Part shown: piece after piece, positions 1-13,097 of the stretch
How positions within the stretch are numbered: the stretch's first letter is position 1
Layout: each line of letters opens with the position of its first letter
Assembly: GCA_051294375.1 (NCBI GenBank)
Contig: CM119268.1
Coordinates: 24,026,349-24,090,348 of the forward strand
Length of the DNA stretch: 64,000 nt
Reading direction: 5' to 3'
Source: Paraspadella gotoi
Lineage: Eukaryota; Animalia; Chaetognatha
The notes under the pieces: model-generated
The model's input: only the letters and a program-made list of their open reading frames with translations
Database searches by the model: none
What the model was told of the DNA's origin: nothing
Position numbers and translations under genes: made by a program

Positions 1-69
1 AGAATCAGCGTCTTTAAGTTTTAATATCGATTTGAATAAACTTGAATTTTCTCCCTCATTCTTTTGAAT

Positions 70-116
<47 letters not shown>

Positions 117-1436
117 CTCTCTCTGTCTCTCTCTCTGTTTCTGTATTGTCATTCAAATAGATTAGAGTCATTATTATGAAATTCTCTCGATCCTGAGCAA
201 AGCGTTAAGTTTCGAGAAAAGATAATCCAGACTTCGTCATAATCTGAGGTGAGTTTCTCGAGGTGAGTTCAAAGGAAAAATGAAAATGAAGAAAAAGGAA
301 AGAAAATTAGAATAAATAAAATGTAATGGCTTAAACTTGACGCTCGTAGATAATTAAACGAGTTTATCCTTAAAACTTAGATTTTGAAGAAAATTCCACT
401 CAATTTGTCAATTTGTCGATTTGTCAATCTGTCAATATGATAACCACGATCATATTTGTAATATGAGTCTGGCGACTCGAATGACCAAAGGCTTTATATA
501 TTTAACAACGTATTTTACGAGTTAAGAATATATTTGCTACCACAAGTCAATGATGAAGCAAAGACTTTTTATCACAGATTGTGATAAGTGAAACTCGTTA
601 GATTCACATCTAAATCTAAATCTTCAAACGGAAAAAAGTGAAAAATAAAAAAATACAAAAGAGAATTAAACATTATTGGTGGACAAGTTTAACTATTAAA
701 ATTTCAGATAAATTGGAATACGAAATACAATATAAAATAAAATAAAGTTTAATTGTTGAAGTTGAAATAGTTAAATAAAAATCGTTGCAATATATTTTGT
801 TTGTTCTATTTCTTTTTTACCAAATTCTACCAAATTCATAAATAAAAATATGACCAATTACTAAGATTGGAAAAAAAAGTGTCGCGGTTACTTTCCAGTT
901 ACATATATTACATATATTACTTTCCAGTTATATAAAAGAAAAACGTTGAGAAAACTTCATACGAAACTCTCTTTCTCTCTCTGTCTCTCTCTCTCTTCCA
1001 CTCGCTCTCACTATGGGTCCAAACGAAGTATTAAATTCACTGTCATTTTATCCAGAAATCTTTATAGGAAGGCAGAAGGAGGAGGAGGAGGAGGAGGAGG
1101 AAGAGAACGGACCTTACTTCACCCTTCTCCCCTCTTTCACGGCCTCCACGATTCATCCACAATTTCCATCGAAAGTGAAACTCATAATTCACGATTTCAA
1201 AGTGAAAGACGACGACGACGACTACGACGACGAGACAATTCGAGATTCACGGTCAAAATGATGAGTCGATCACGCGAGGTCAACAAATGTCACNNNNNNN
1301 NNNCTCGCTGCTGTGAATCCGTGAATCAAAGAAGCAGAAAAAGGGAAATCGATTGTGTGGATCCGGATGTAGAACCGGATGTAAAACCAGAAGTAGAACC
1401 GGATGTAGATGAGGATGTGTAGCAATGATAATTTCA

Positions 1437-1488
<52 letters not shown>

Positions 1489-1618
1489 AAGAAGACAAAA
1501 GCCCTTTTGAATGACAGAAAGGAGAAGAAAGGAAAATTCGGCACACCAGACAATATCTAGTATGCGGCACACTAGATATTGTCTAGTATGCGACACACTA
1601 CACACGAGCCAATTCAAT

Positions 1619-1945
1619 CTATGGCTTCTTACTCATTCGTGATTCGACTGCATCAGTGATTCTGAGGTCAATAAAATTCTTTCCATTTCATATCAGTTTC
1701 ACTCTCTTCCTCTGCCTCTTACCGTCTCGCTAATTCGGCTCTCCTCTCTCTCTCTCTCTCCTCTCTTCTCTTCTGTCTCTTCTGCTCGTCTCTCTTCTCT
1801 CTCCTTTCCTCTTCGTCTCTCTCCATCTCTCTCTCTCTCACATCTCTCTTCTCTCTACTCTCGCATTTCTCCAAGCGAAGTTTTCTGCTCCGAGAGAAGG
1901 CCGAGGTGGCACGACCATTTTCGAGTCGAGTGATTGCATTAATGT
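1619..1945 (-). CDS. Possible two 3'-terminal exons of an unidentified gene (charged coiled coil)
   Basis: Minus-strand open frame ...RDEEERREKRDEQKRQKRREERERERRAELAR, donor CG|gtaaga at 1723/1722, a 61-nt intron, acceptor cag at 1662, then in-phase RITDAVESRMSKKP* (1661-1619). No recognisable family. Confidence 0.3.
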
Positions 1946-1976
1946 GTGAGAGAGAGAGAGAGAGAGAATGAGAGAG

Positions 1977-2009
<33 letters not shown>

Positions 2010-2424
2010 CAATTGAATGGGCGTCGCGTGATCAGATTTAAAAGATTCTGCTGAGATCGGTTCTCGTCGATTCAAAGCAAGTCTAAGATGGTGTGTTGGT
2101 AGGTCGCTCTGTCAGTTTATCGGTCGGTCAGTAATTTGGTCGGTCGGTCTGTAAAACAGTCGGTCAGTCGATCCATCATCGCCTGTTGAAGAGAAATGAA
2201 CATTAAATCTTTCTAACATTTTTAATATTATATTAATATTATATTTTTTCTTTCTTTCTCTTTTCTTTCTTTCTGTCTTTATTTCTGTTTGTCGTTTTTA
2301 CTTTCTTTCGATTTTTTATTCTTTTCTCTTTCCTAAATACTTTTGGTTTTAATTTTTTTCCTGAACAGAAGAGCAAAGTTCAAAGGGGAAATAACCAATA
2401 ACGTTTCTCTGCGCATAAAAACAA

Positions 2425-2458
<34 letters not shown>

Positions 2459-2655
2459 NNNNNNNNNNNNNNNNNNNNNNNNNNNNNNNNNNNNNNNNNN
2501 NNNNNNNNNNNNNNNNNNNNNNNNNNNNNNNNNNNNNNNNNNNNNNNNNNNNNNNNNNNNNNNNNNNNNNNNNNNNNNNNNNNNNNNNNNNNNNNNNNNN
2601 NNNNNNNNNNNNNNNNNNNNNNNNNNNNNNNNNNNNNNNNNNNNNNNNNNNNNNN

Positions 2656-2693
<38 letters not shown>

Positions 2694-3240
2694 AACTCAA
2701 ACCTCCAATCGGTTGAGAGAGAAGATGCGATTTTCGGAGGTCATTTGAAGGTCAGTTAGGGATCATTTGAAGGTGACTTAAAGGTCATATAAAGGTCATT
2801 TGAAGGTCATCTGAAGGTCATTTGAAAGTCATTTGAAGGTCACTTAGAGTTTAATCTAAGGCCAAATCGAGGTTACTACGTTATATAAATGTAAAAAAAA
2901 ATTTGTGTTGTCTTTACAAAATTGATAAATAAATTAAAGTGAATGGAAAAAAAAATTGAGAAGAAAAATTGAATCTTGACTCAAAAGAAAAAGAAAATAG
3001 TAAATGAATAGAAAATGAATAAAAATAATATTTTTTTGAAAAGAAACAATCAAATGAGAAAGGATTTTAAAGGCTGAGGTGTTGTTTTGTGATGGAGGCC
3101 CTAAACCAAGATAGCCTGTCCAAAGTCAGGGGCAAGATAGCTTTTTTATTAATTGATTGGATATATATTGTTTTGGTAGCAACAATTTCATAAAAAAGAA
3201 ATAATTAATATCACTAATATTTCACGACTTTGAAAATTCT

Positions 3241-3281
<41 letters not shown>

Positions 3282-3666
3282 CATTTGACAATAAGTGACA
3301 AGAAATTCTGCAAAAACGACGCGCGACCGTGACCTTTGAGGTCATGACAAAAAGACGATGACGATGAAGACGACGATGAAGACGACGATGAAGACGACGN
3401 NNNNNNNNNNNNNNNNNNNNNNNNNNNNNNNNNNNNNNNNNNNNNNNNNNNNNNNNNNNNNNNNNNNNNNNNNNNNNNNNNNNNNNNNNNNNNNNNNNNN
3501 NNNNNNNNNNNNNNNNNNNNNNNNNNNNNNNNNNNNNNNNNNNNNNNNNNNNNNNNNNNNNNNNNNNNNNNNNNNNNNNNNNNNNNNNNNNNNNNNNNNN
3601 NNNNNNNNNNNNNNNNNNNNNNNNNNNNNNNNNNNNNNNNNNNNNNNNNNNNNNNNNNNNNNNNNN

Positions 3667-3698
<32 letters not shown>

Positions 3699-3701
<3 letters not shown>

Positions 3702-4441
3702 TCGCTCCGTGAATGTCGTACCCCTTCCGATAAATCATTTTTCTCCATCGGCCGCAGAGAAGAGTGGGGAGTCTCGACGTCACCATTCTAAGGAAATGAA
3801 GTTATCAGCGACGTCATCGTCCAGTTATGATGACGTCATCATGGCATGTGATGGGTAGGATTACTACATCAAGATGCGTAGGATTACTACATCAAGATAG
3901 TGAAACACTCAAGCGTTGTGACTCTGTGATAGTGAAGCTGAATTTAAAAAAAATATTATCATAACGGCGGTGTTTCTATAATTATTTTACTGGAATTATA
4001 AATATTAACAGCTACTATTTATTACTAAGAATATATATATATATATATTTCATAATATACGACTACCAAATGAACGTTATCGCCCACGTGATCAAAGAGA
4101 ATTTAGATGATTCTAATCTTTTGTTTTCATAAGATTTGGTTGACGAAACGAGAGATGGCAGTCAAAACTAATAAAAACAATTCAACAAAAGACAATTGAA
4201 TGAGTGCATCCATTCTTATGTATATTTACTTTTTTATTTATATCCCGATATTTATATATATATTTATATATATTTATTTATATAAACCAGGATATTTTTT
4301 AAAATAATATATTGGACCTAAATAATAATAATGAATTAAATTAAGCCATATTAAGAGCACAGGTAAGAAGTAAGACGAAAACGTTAAAGTTAATATTAAT
4401 AATAATTTAAACGAGCTATAGCCTATAATAGATGATGAAAC

Positions 4442-4524
<83 letters not shown>

Positions 4525-4673
4525 TATGATTAGTTTAAATAACTATATAACCAAGAATTCCTAAAATGCCTATCTCTCCGGGGAGCGGCGGATCAGGTGC
4601 TGCAGGACGGCGGATCAGGTGCTGCAGGACGGTGAGTGAGGTGCTGCTTCGAATCACTGAAACTCGACAGTGA
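3699..4673 (+). CDS. Possible exons of an unidentified gene
   Basis: An open frame ending ..DDVIMACDG with donor GG|gtagga at 3854 joins in phase to acceptor aag at 4555 (IPKMPISPGSGGSG..). GC-rich relative to flanks. No recognisable domain, and the 5' part lies in an N-gap. Confidence 0.25.
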
Positions 4674-5390
4674 ACTAGAAAGTAGCTGCATATGCGGCAG
4701 CAGCGGAGATCGAATCAAGGGGCGGATCACAGCAGCCGCAGCTGCAATGTGCCGCGTCGCCTTTTGGCTGCTGCGAAAGCAAGGAAATATGCGGAATTTT
4801 AAAAATAACAAAATATAAAATAAGGAAATTCTTCTTAAAAACAAAAATAAATCATATTAAAGAATATTAACTTTTATTTAATAAATGGTTTCGAATGTTT
4901 ATTTTTTTCTTTTACAAAAATAATCTCCATAATTTTTAAGTAATTTTTAACGATTTTTTTCCCCTTAAGCTATGACAGAAAACATTTTCTTGACAAACTT
5001 TATTCTTTTTATCGATTTTCAAAGTTTTTAAAAGTTGTATGAATTCTTTATATAATTCTATTTTAACTTAAAATTATCTAAAAACTTTTTTGATCGTAAT
5101 TAATCAAACGAACGATAATTTTCTTTCATATTTTTATTTTATATTTTTAAAATTAAACCAATTACCAAAGAGAGATATACTAAAGAAATGAATTAATTTC
5201 TTTCTTAAAAATTAATCAAGTAAAAAGTTATCTTTCCTTCATTTTTACCCTAAATTTTCTTTTTTGTTCGAAACAGAAAACTTTTTTTAAAAGATAAAAA
5301 ACATAAAAAACAAGAAAGAAGCGAAATAAATCAGATTCAAACAGAAACCGAACGATTTTCGTTCCTTAAAGATCGAATCGAACAGCTGAT

Positions 5391-5511
<121 letters not shown>

Positions 5512-5677
5512 CAGTTTCTTTATCTCGTACTCCAGACAGTCAACGTTTTTTCTGCTTCCAACTCAAAATCTGATTTTTTTGTTTCTGGACACAAATTTAA
5601 ATCACGAACTTTGGACCAAATAAAAAACAAAACAAAAAATTGGTTACGTCGTAAGAAAACAATAAAAAAGGACAAAG

Positions 5678-7591
5678 ATGGGAAGTCAAGGACAAGGAGG
5701 ATATCAGTCGGGCGACAGATTGGGACAACTTCGTGGACAGGTGAGACAAATATGAAAAGTCCAGGACAATGAGAAGATCAAAATTAATATATATTAAAAA
5801 ATATTAAGTTTCTCTAAAAAAAGTAACTTTTTAATTTTTTTTTAAAAGGCAACGTGATTTGTAATCTAAAATTAACCATTAAATCATTCCATTGGATTTT
5901 TGATTATTGTTATTTAAGTTAGTTTCCACTTTTTTCACTTTCCTTTTTCCTCCCTTTCATTTTTCCTCCCTTTCCCTCCCTTTTTCCTCCCTTTCCTTTT
6001 TCCTCCCTTCCTTTTCCTCCCTTTCCTTTTTCCTCCACTTTCCTTTTTTCTCCCTTTCCTTTTTCCCCACTTTCCTTTTTCCCCACTTTCCTTTTCCTCC
6101 CATTCCTTTTTCCTACACTTTTCTTTTTCTTCCACTTTCCTTTTTTCTCCCTTTCCTTTTCCCCCTTTCCTTTTCCTCCCATTTCTTTTTCCTCCCTTTC
6201 CTTTTTCCTCTCTTTCTCTCCCTTTTTCCTCCCTTTCCTTTTTCCTCCCATTTCTTTTTCCTCCTCTTTCCTTTTTCCTCCACTTTTCTTTTTTCTCCCT
6301 TTCCTTTTTCTTCCACTTTCCTTTTTCCTCTCTTTTTCCTTCCTCCTTCAGGTTGACGAGGTTCGGGGAGTCATGTCTCAGAACATCGAGCGAGTGATGG
6401 AGCGGGGAGAGCGTCTGGACGATCTTGTTGACAAGACTGGAGCGCTGGAGCAGAACGCAGTCAAGTTTAGGCAGACGTCGAAGAAAGTGAGTATAGGAAC
6501 TTAAATCATTTAAAATAAATACATAAATAAATAAAATACTTTGCCTCATTTCAACAGCTTATAGAACAACATTATAACACTATTTTGGGAAGGAAACCTT
6601 GTACTCTGGGAGAGAATAAACTGGACTGTTAGTGTTAGTTCTGTTTTGAACAGGAAGAGAGGACTTAACCCAACTTAGCCTGTACAATGTATACAATACA
6701 ATACAATGTGTACATTGTACAGTAGAGTGATGTGAAAATGATACAATTTTAGAACATAAAAATAAAAACCAATAGAAATACTTTGGTAAATTTTAAGATC
6801 GGATGTGGATTCCTTGCGAAAAGTTGATATAAGAAAGTATATTTCTTTTTTAAAAATGTTTTCATTAAGTTGGTCAAAAATATAAAAAACTATATTTAAA
6901 ACGCCGATTTTCAATTTCCAGCTTAAAAATATAGTTTTTTGTAATTTTAACCTACTTAATGACATCATTTTTAAAAAAGATTTATATTTTCTTTTATCAA
7001 CGAGGAATCTGAATCTGTTCTCAGAATTTAAAAAAAATATTTTCAAATTTTAACATTATATAAAATTATAAATTATAAGGGTAGTACTATATGGAAAATA
7101 AGCTGACTGGGCTACTATATTTATAAAAAAAAGAAAAATAACTACAGATTAGTATTCACTAAAGTCAGGGGCAAGATAGCTTATTTATTTCATAATCCTT
7201 ATATTCTTTGTACCAATTTCATAGCAATACAAAGAAATTAATCTCTATTACAGTTTATACTGTTAATAAGAGAACCTGGCTTTCCCATCAATAAAATTAT
7301 TTTATATTTCTTTATGATAAATTTTTTTTTTTCATTTGAGGTAAAACGCAAAATGTGGTGGAAAAACACGAAAATGACTTTGATTTTAGTTGTTGTTGTC
7401 GTCGCGATTATCCTCATCATCATTTTCAGGTAAATTAATTCTTTTTGTTACTTGTTTTTAGTTACTTGTTTTCGATTTTGTGATTTAGTTAATAATGTAT
7501 TGAAAGATTATTCCCATAATTAATCTTGCTTATTATATTAGGTTGTTACAACTTAATTGCAAGCATGCGGCGGTTTCTTGCTGTTACATGT

Positions 7592-7681
<90 letters not shown>

Positions 7682-7933
7682 TTAAAAAGTTTAAATGCTG
7701 AAATATCAAATTAAAAGTAGACCTATAGTTATTTTGCCTAAAAATATTTCCTAAACATCATTAGCAAATTTAATTAATACGTTTGCTGTTAATAAAATGT
7801 TTGTTTTTATCGCGTGTCTTTATAAGTTGAAATAAATTATTAATAATTAGTTCTTCTTTCCAGCACCGTGAACTTCTCCAGCAGCAGCAGCGGAGGGGGC
7901 GGCTCCTCTGGGAACTCCTCCAAATCTACTTGA
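5678..7933 (+). CDS. VAMP8: VAMP8/endobrevin-like R-SNARE (synaptobrevin family, no longin domain), about 118 aa, 4 exons
   Basis: Exons 5678-5740, 6352-6486, 7341-7429 and 7864-7933 have GT..AG introns with consistent phases (0,0,2). Protein: MGSQGQGGYQSGDRLGQLRGQ|VDEVRGVMSQNIERVMERGERLDDLVDKTGALEQNAVKFRQTSKK|VKRKMWWKNTKMTLILVVVVVAIILIIIFS|TVNFSSSSSGGGGSSGNSSKST*. It has an R-SNARE motif with zero-layer R, WWKN and a C-terminal TM helix. The VAMP8 versus VAMP7-like subtype is inferred. Confidence 0.9.
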
Positions 7934-8479
7934 CTCCAGTGAATCAACTGAAGTCTATAAAACACTCCAGTAGATTCGAGTTGATTCTTTCCATTTGACT
8001 ACAGTTAGTTATTTTCGAAAAAGTTTGAGTCACTAACATTCCTGACGTTTTAATGAAGACGAGGATGACGACGACGACGACGACGACGATACTTCCAAAT
8101 TCCTTTGCATCACTGCTATTAAATACAGTTTTTTTGTGTGTTACGTCTTTAGGATTTGGCTAATTACTGACAATTTTTGTAAATAATTTTGATTTGAAAC
8201 GAAATTTTAAAAAAGTTCATTCTTGTTGTAAATGTTATATTAATTTGTTCTACTGATATTGATAATAATCTTGCCAATTTGCCATTTGCAATTACATTAT
8301 CCTAAAATATTACTAGTGAAATAAACTGTTCGATCATTTTAACATTTTTATTTTTTTGATTTTGAAGGTAAGCTCTCTCTCTCTCTGTTATTATATGAGT
8401 AATAATTTCTCAAAAACGTAGCTTTTAAAGGCAGTGTAAAACACTGGCCTCAAGCCCCACTTTTGCTTTCAATATTTCA

Positions 8480-8535
<56 letters not shown>

Positions 8536-9060
8536 CTTTGATCTAAAAGACACAATTCAATTAATCATTAAACTCGTTCCCTGAATTTGACACAAGTGAA
8601 TCTGAAATATAGAGAAATCAAGCAGAGATATAAATTTAATATTTTGATTGGATTTATTTCATAAGCAAAAATCCTTTGTTTTAACACAAATTATCTTCGA
8701 CTCATTCCAAAGCCTGAAAGCGGATCTTTTGTTTCCCTAAGAATATGAGACATGCGCCCTCTCTCGGAGAATGAATGAACAAAGACATACTGTGTGTCCT
8801 AATGGTACTGTTTGTTAACTTTTACATTTCGTGCGGAAGTGTATTGTTAAATATTATCTCTAATGAGATAAAAATGTCAAGGATAAGTTCTTTCCTTTTA
8901 GGATACTAAATTTCGTATTCAATTCTTATAATTTTTTTATTGCAAAAACAATCAATGTAATTACGTCTTAGTTTTAACTTTTTTATTTTTTTTATTTTAA
9001 AATAAATTTTATTAAAATAGTTATGTAGAAAAATCAAAATGGTTGCTATTTATTCAAATA

Positions 9061-9092
<32 letters not shown>

Positions 9093-9500
9093 AAAAAATA
9101 ATATGAATATGATAAATAATTTTAAATAATATTGCATTGTAGCTGAAAATATAAGGTTGTTTTTTGTTATCCTGTATCTAAAGACACAATTTAAAAAAAT
9201 ATTTAATCAATAAAATAAAAATATTTATTAAATATTAAAAAATATATAATTTAATAATTTTTTAAAAAGTAATTTAAAAAAATACCAATTACTTTATATA
9301 ATAACTGCAGTAGTTTGCTTTGTTCATTTTTTAAATTTTAGGCATCCTATAAAATGGTATATACTTGTGCGCTTTTCATGAAAATAAATTCTTGTTTTTC
9401 GATCTGGAATAGGAGCAGTAAGCAGTAAGCAGTACCATTGGGACACCGTGCTTTTTACGTTTGCTGAATAAATAAATAAACCTGGGTCATAAAATAACTA

Positions 9501-9860
9501 TATAAAATTGGTACAAACAATATAAAAATTATCCATTCATTTATTAAATAAGCTATCTTGTCTCTGACTTTGGACCGGCTTTGGTGGTTTAAGGCCTCCA
9601 TCACACTTACAAGATAATAACATAGCAGGTTTCTGCAAGCTTTCAATCAAGACTCTCACAGTCTTATTTATTCACTCCCAGTGAACCTGGCTTCCCTATC
9701 AATGAAGTGGTATATTATTTTAAAGAATGTTTCAATTGTATGAGAAGACCACTCCTTAAGTATTAGATCGGGGAATACTATATTGTACTCCGCACTTGCA
9801 TCATAATACAAGGAGCTGAATTTTATAAAATTGTTACAAGCAATATAAAAATATAAAACC
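9501..9860 (-). mobile_element. Twister-bearing retrozyme-like repeat, slightly more than one full unit (period 323 nt)
   Basis: Reverse complement of the family consensus. Terminal redundancy tataaaattg(g/t)taca at 9501 and 9824. Twister-like core at 9553-9617. Confidence 0.75.
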
Positions 9861-9977
9861 AATATAACCAATATATAAACCAATATAAAAATAAAAATAT
9901 AAAAAATTAAGGATTCTATACAAGGTTTTTATTGTGCTTAATTTAACTTTCATATACTACTTTCAAATATTATATCA

Positions 9978-10187
9978 ATTCATTGATAGGGAATACAGGT
10001 ACTTAGGGAGTGAATAAACGAGACTGTAAGAGAGTCTTGATTGAAAGCTTGTAGGGACCTGCTATGTCATTATCTTGTAAGAGTGATGGAGGCGTTAAAC
10101 CACCAAAGCCTGTCCAAAGTCAGGGCCAACATAGCTTATTTAATAAATGAATGGATAATTATTATATTGGTTGTACAATTTTCATAT
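9978..10187 (+). mobile_element. Twister-bearing repeat, 5'-truncated copy, head-to-head with the 9501-9860 copy
   Basis: Matches the consensus from ttcattgatagggaa to gttgtacaattttcata. Ribozyme core at 10070-10134. Confidence 0.75.
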
Positions 10188-10740
10188 AGAAACATAAGTT
10201 ACTTTTATTCAGATTTTATTCAATTATTTAATTTTATATTATTATTATTCAATAATCAATATTATTATTCAGAACAAAATAATGAGATTAAGCGTTGTTT
10301 TTTTAGGAATAGTATAATTTTCAGTACAATAAACTTGGGATAACTACTATGGTTAAAATTTCGAAAACAATATTTTTTAAAGTAACCTTTCCAATAGTTA
10401 TTCTTTACTTGTCGTTCGTCAAAAGACAATTAACTTCTGAAAAGAAAAAGATTAAACTTATATAAATCGTAATAAACTTAATATAAATTTAATTATTTTA
10501 ATCAAGAAAACGAAAAATATTTAACCTTACGAGGAAAAATTACAAAGACACAATTTTAAAATGAATCAAAATTCGTAAAAATGGATTTGAAAAAGTTTTA
10601 AAATGATAATAATCATGATAAAATAGATAAAATAAATAAATAAGATATTGATCCAGAAGCAATGCAAAGTATTGTAAGCAATGCAATGCGATGCAGTATG
10701 ATCATGAATTGTGTCCAATGTTTCCTCTTTGCTCCTCAGT

Positions 10741-11942
10741 TTTTAGTCGGATCTGCTTATCAGCAGATTCCGACTCTATAATTCACTTTGTCGGTCCGTT
10801 GGTCCCACCCAAAAATATTGTCGGTAAATCATTATTATCATATCAGAAGCTCGAATTATGATAAATTTTGTATAAAAAAATATGTCCGTCTGTCCGTCCG
10901 TCCGTCCCCCCTTAGCAAAAAACTCCAATTACTCGTGATTGGATGGATGGATTGATATGAAATTTTGTGTGTGGGTAGGAAACTGTGTGATTGAGATGGA
11001 TATGAAGTTTCGAGGGAATCGTGCGAGTGGAAATTGGTTTAAATGGAAAAAACAAAAAATCTATTTCACTATTTGAACGTCAATTGCTCATGAGTGGATA
11101 GGGCAATTGACTTGAAATTTTGTATGATGGTAGAAAAGTGTGTGATTGTGCTGGATATAAAATTTCGATGGAATCGTGCGAGTGGAAATGAGTTAAAATG
11201 GAAAAAACAAAAGTCATATTTACTCGAAGTATTTTGACTTAAATTTACTCATAATTATTATGTTTATTAAAAATTGGATAGATAAATTGAAATGGAATTT
11301 TGTCTGTGGGTAAGAAAGTATATGATTAAACTGGATATAAATTTTTGATAGAATCCTAGGAGTGGAAAAGAGTTCAAATTAGAAAATCAAAAGACACATT
11401 TATTTGAATTTTTTAAAGTTTTTCTCTCTCTATCTCTCTCTGATTGATTGATTGATTGATTGACCAAATTATGCCAATTGACAAAAATATGCCAGTTGAC
11501 CAAATTCTGCAAGTTGACCAAATTATGCCAGTTGACCAAATTATGCAAGTTAACCAAATTATGCCTGTTGACCAAATTATGCCAGTTGACCAAATTATGC
11601 CAGTTGATCAAATTATGCCAGTTGATAAATTTATGCCAGTTGACCAAATTATGCCGGTTGACTAAATTATGTTAATTGATTAATTATGTCAGTTGACCAA
11701 ATTATATTAGTTAAACAAATTATGTCAGTTAACCAAATTATGTCAGTTAAACAAATTAAGTCAGTTTACCAAATTATGTCAGTTGACCAAATTATGTCAG
11801 TTGACCAAATGATGTCAGTTGACCAAATTATGTCAGTTGACCAAATAATGCAAGTTGATTAAATTATGCAAGATGACCAAGTTAGCTTATTACCACTTAA
11901 TTATCGTAGGCAGATCCGACATTGTTTGCTCAAACTTGTTTT
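10741..11942 (+). mobile_element. Helentron-associated non-autonomous element (HINE/DINE-1-like), family A
   Basis: 5' TTTTAGTCGGATCTGC-ttatca-GCAGATtCCGAC hairpin, (GTCC)n microsatellite, about 120-bp central repeats and an 18-bp array. 3' subTIR GCAGATCCGAC plus stem-loop (gtttg-ct-caaac), flanked by T runs. Confidence 0.75.
11456..11880. repeat. 18-bp minisatellite (ttatgccagttgaccaaa), more than 20 copies
   Basis: Directly visible, inside the HINE. Confidence 0.95.
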
Positions 11943-12022
11943 AGAGTTTCCTTTATTTTTCACTGTAAGGAAAGGAAAGAAAATGAGAGAGCAAGAGGGA
12001 GAGAGAGAAATAGAGAGAAATC

Positions 12023-12067
<45 letters not shown>

Positions 12068-12263
12068 TAATGAGGGGAGAGAGAGAGAGGAGAGAGAATA
12101 GTATTGAATAGAAAACAACAACGACGACAACCATGACGACGACGACGACGACAGCTCCTTATCTCTCTTTCCCATGTGGCTTCCGTCAACACGACTCTGG
12201 TTTTAAGCCCAAAAATAAATAGAGAGAAAATAAGAATCGATATGAAAGGTGGAGGGAGGGAAG

Positions 12264-12333
<70 letters not shown>

Positions 12334-12884
12334 AGAGTTGGAGAGAGAGAGAAAGGGATGAAGACAAGGAGAGAGGAGTGGGAGGGAGAGAGAGAGAGAG
12401 AGAGTGAGAGGGGGGAACCGCAGGGAGGGAGAGAGTGAGGTAAGATGGGGCAGAGGTTAGATGAAGGGAAAGGGAAGATTTGGGGGGGAAAGGAAAAATG
12501 AAAGAAAGGTAGAAGAGGATAGAAGAGAATAGAATAGAATAGAATAGAATAGAAAAGTATAGAAGAGATTATAATAGAATAGAAAAGAAGAGAAGAGAAG
12601 AGAAGAGAAGAGAAGAGAAGAGAAGAGAAGAGAAGAGAATAGAAGAGAATAAAATAGAATAGAAGAGAATAGAATAGAATAAAAAAGAATAGAAGAGAAT
12701 ATAATAGAAGAGAATAGAATAGAAAAGAAGAGAAGAGGATAGAAAAGAATAGTATATAATACAATAGAGTAAAATAATAGAAGTGACTTTCTTTTCACGT
12801 GTATTTAAGACACTCATTGCATCTTAATCTTGTCTTTTATTCTTTAAAGTTTTAGGATTTCTTGAAGGAGGCGCTCGCAGTCAC

Positions 12885-13097
12885 TAAGATTTGAGGTTTT
12901 TTCCTGTCTTAACAAATGAACAGTCAACTAAAGGCGAATTATATACATTTTTAACGTAAGTGGGACAGACCGACGGAAAAGACATACCGACGGACCGACA
13001 CACCGACCGACGGACCGACACACCGACCGACAGACTGACAGAACGACCCAAAAGTAGTTAGAGAGAGATGCTCCGCGAGTAGTCGCGGCGCAACCAG
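12885..13097 (-). mobile_element. HINE-like element family B fragment (others at 16890-16985 +, 21417-21520 -, 27237-27367 +, 30525-30603 -)
   Basis: Shared 5' TTTTTAGTTGCG..CGACTACTCGCGGAGCA hairpin, (GTCG/GTCC) microsatellite and gtctgtcccactta block. Confidence 0.6.

Noticed and set aside
946-1422. 158-aa ORF
   Set aside because: Built from (GGA)n, (GAC)n and a 12-bp repeat across a gap, with no homology recognised.
11387-11675. Repetitive ORFs (DQIMPV)n, (FTGTSLFM)n, (ER)n, (SL)n and ORFs spanning N-gaps
   Set aside because: These are translations of mini- or microsatellites or gaps, with no splice or homology support.
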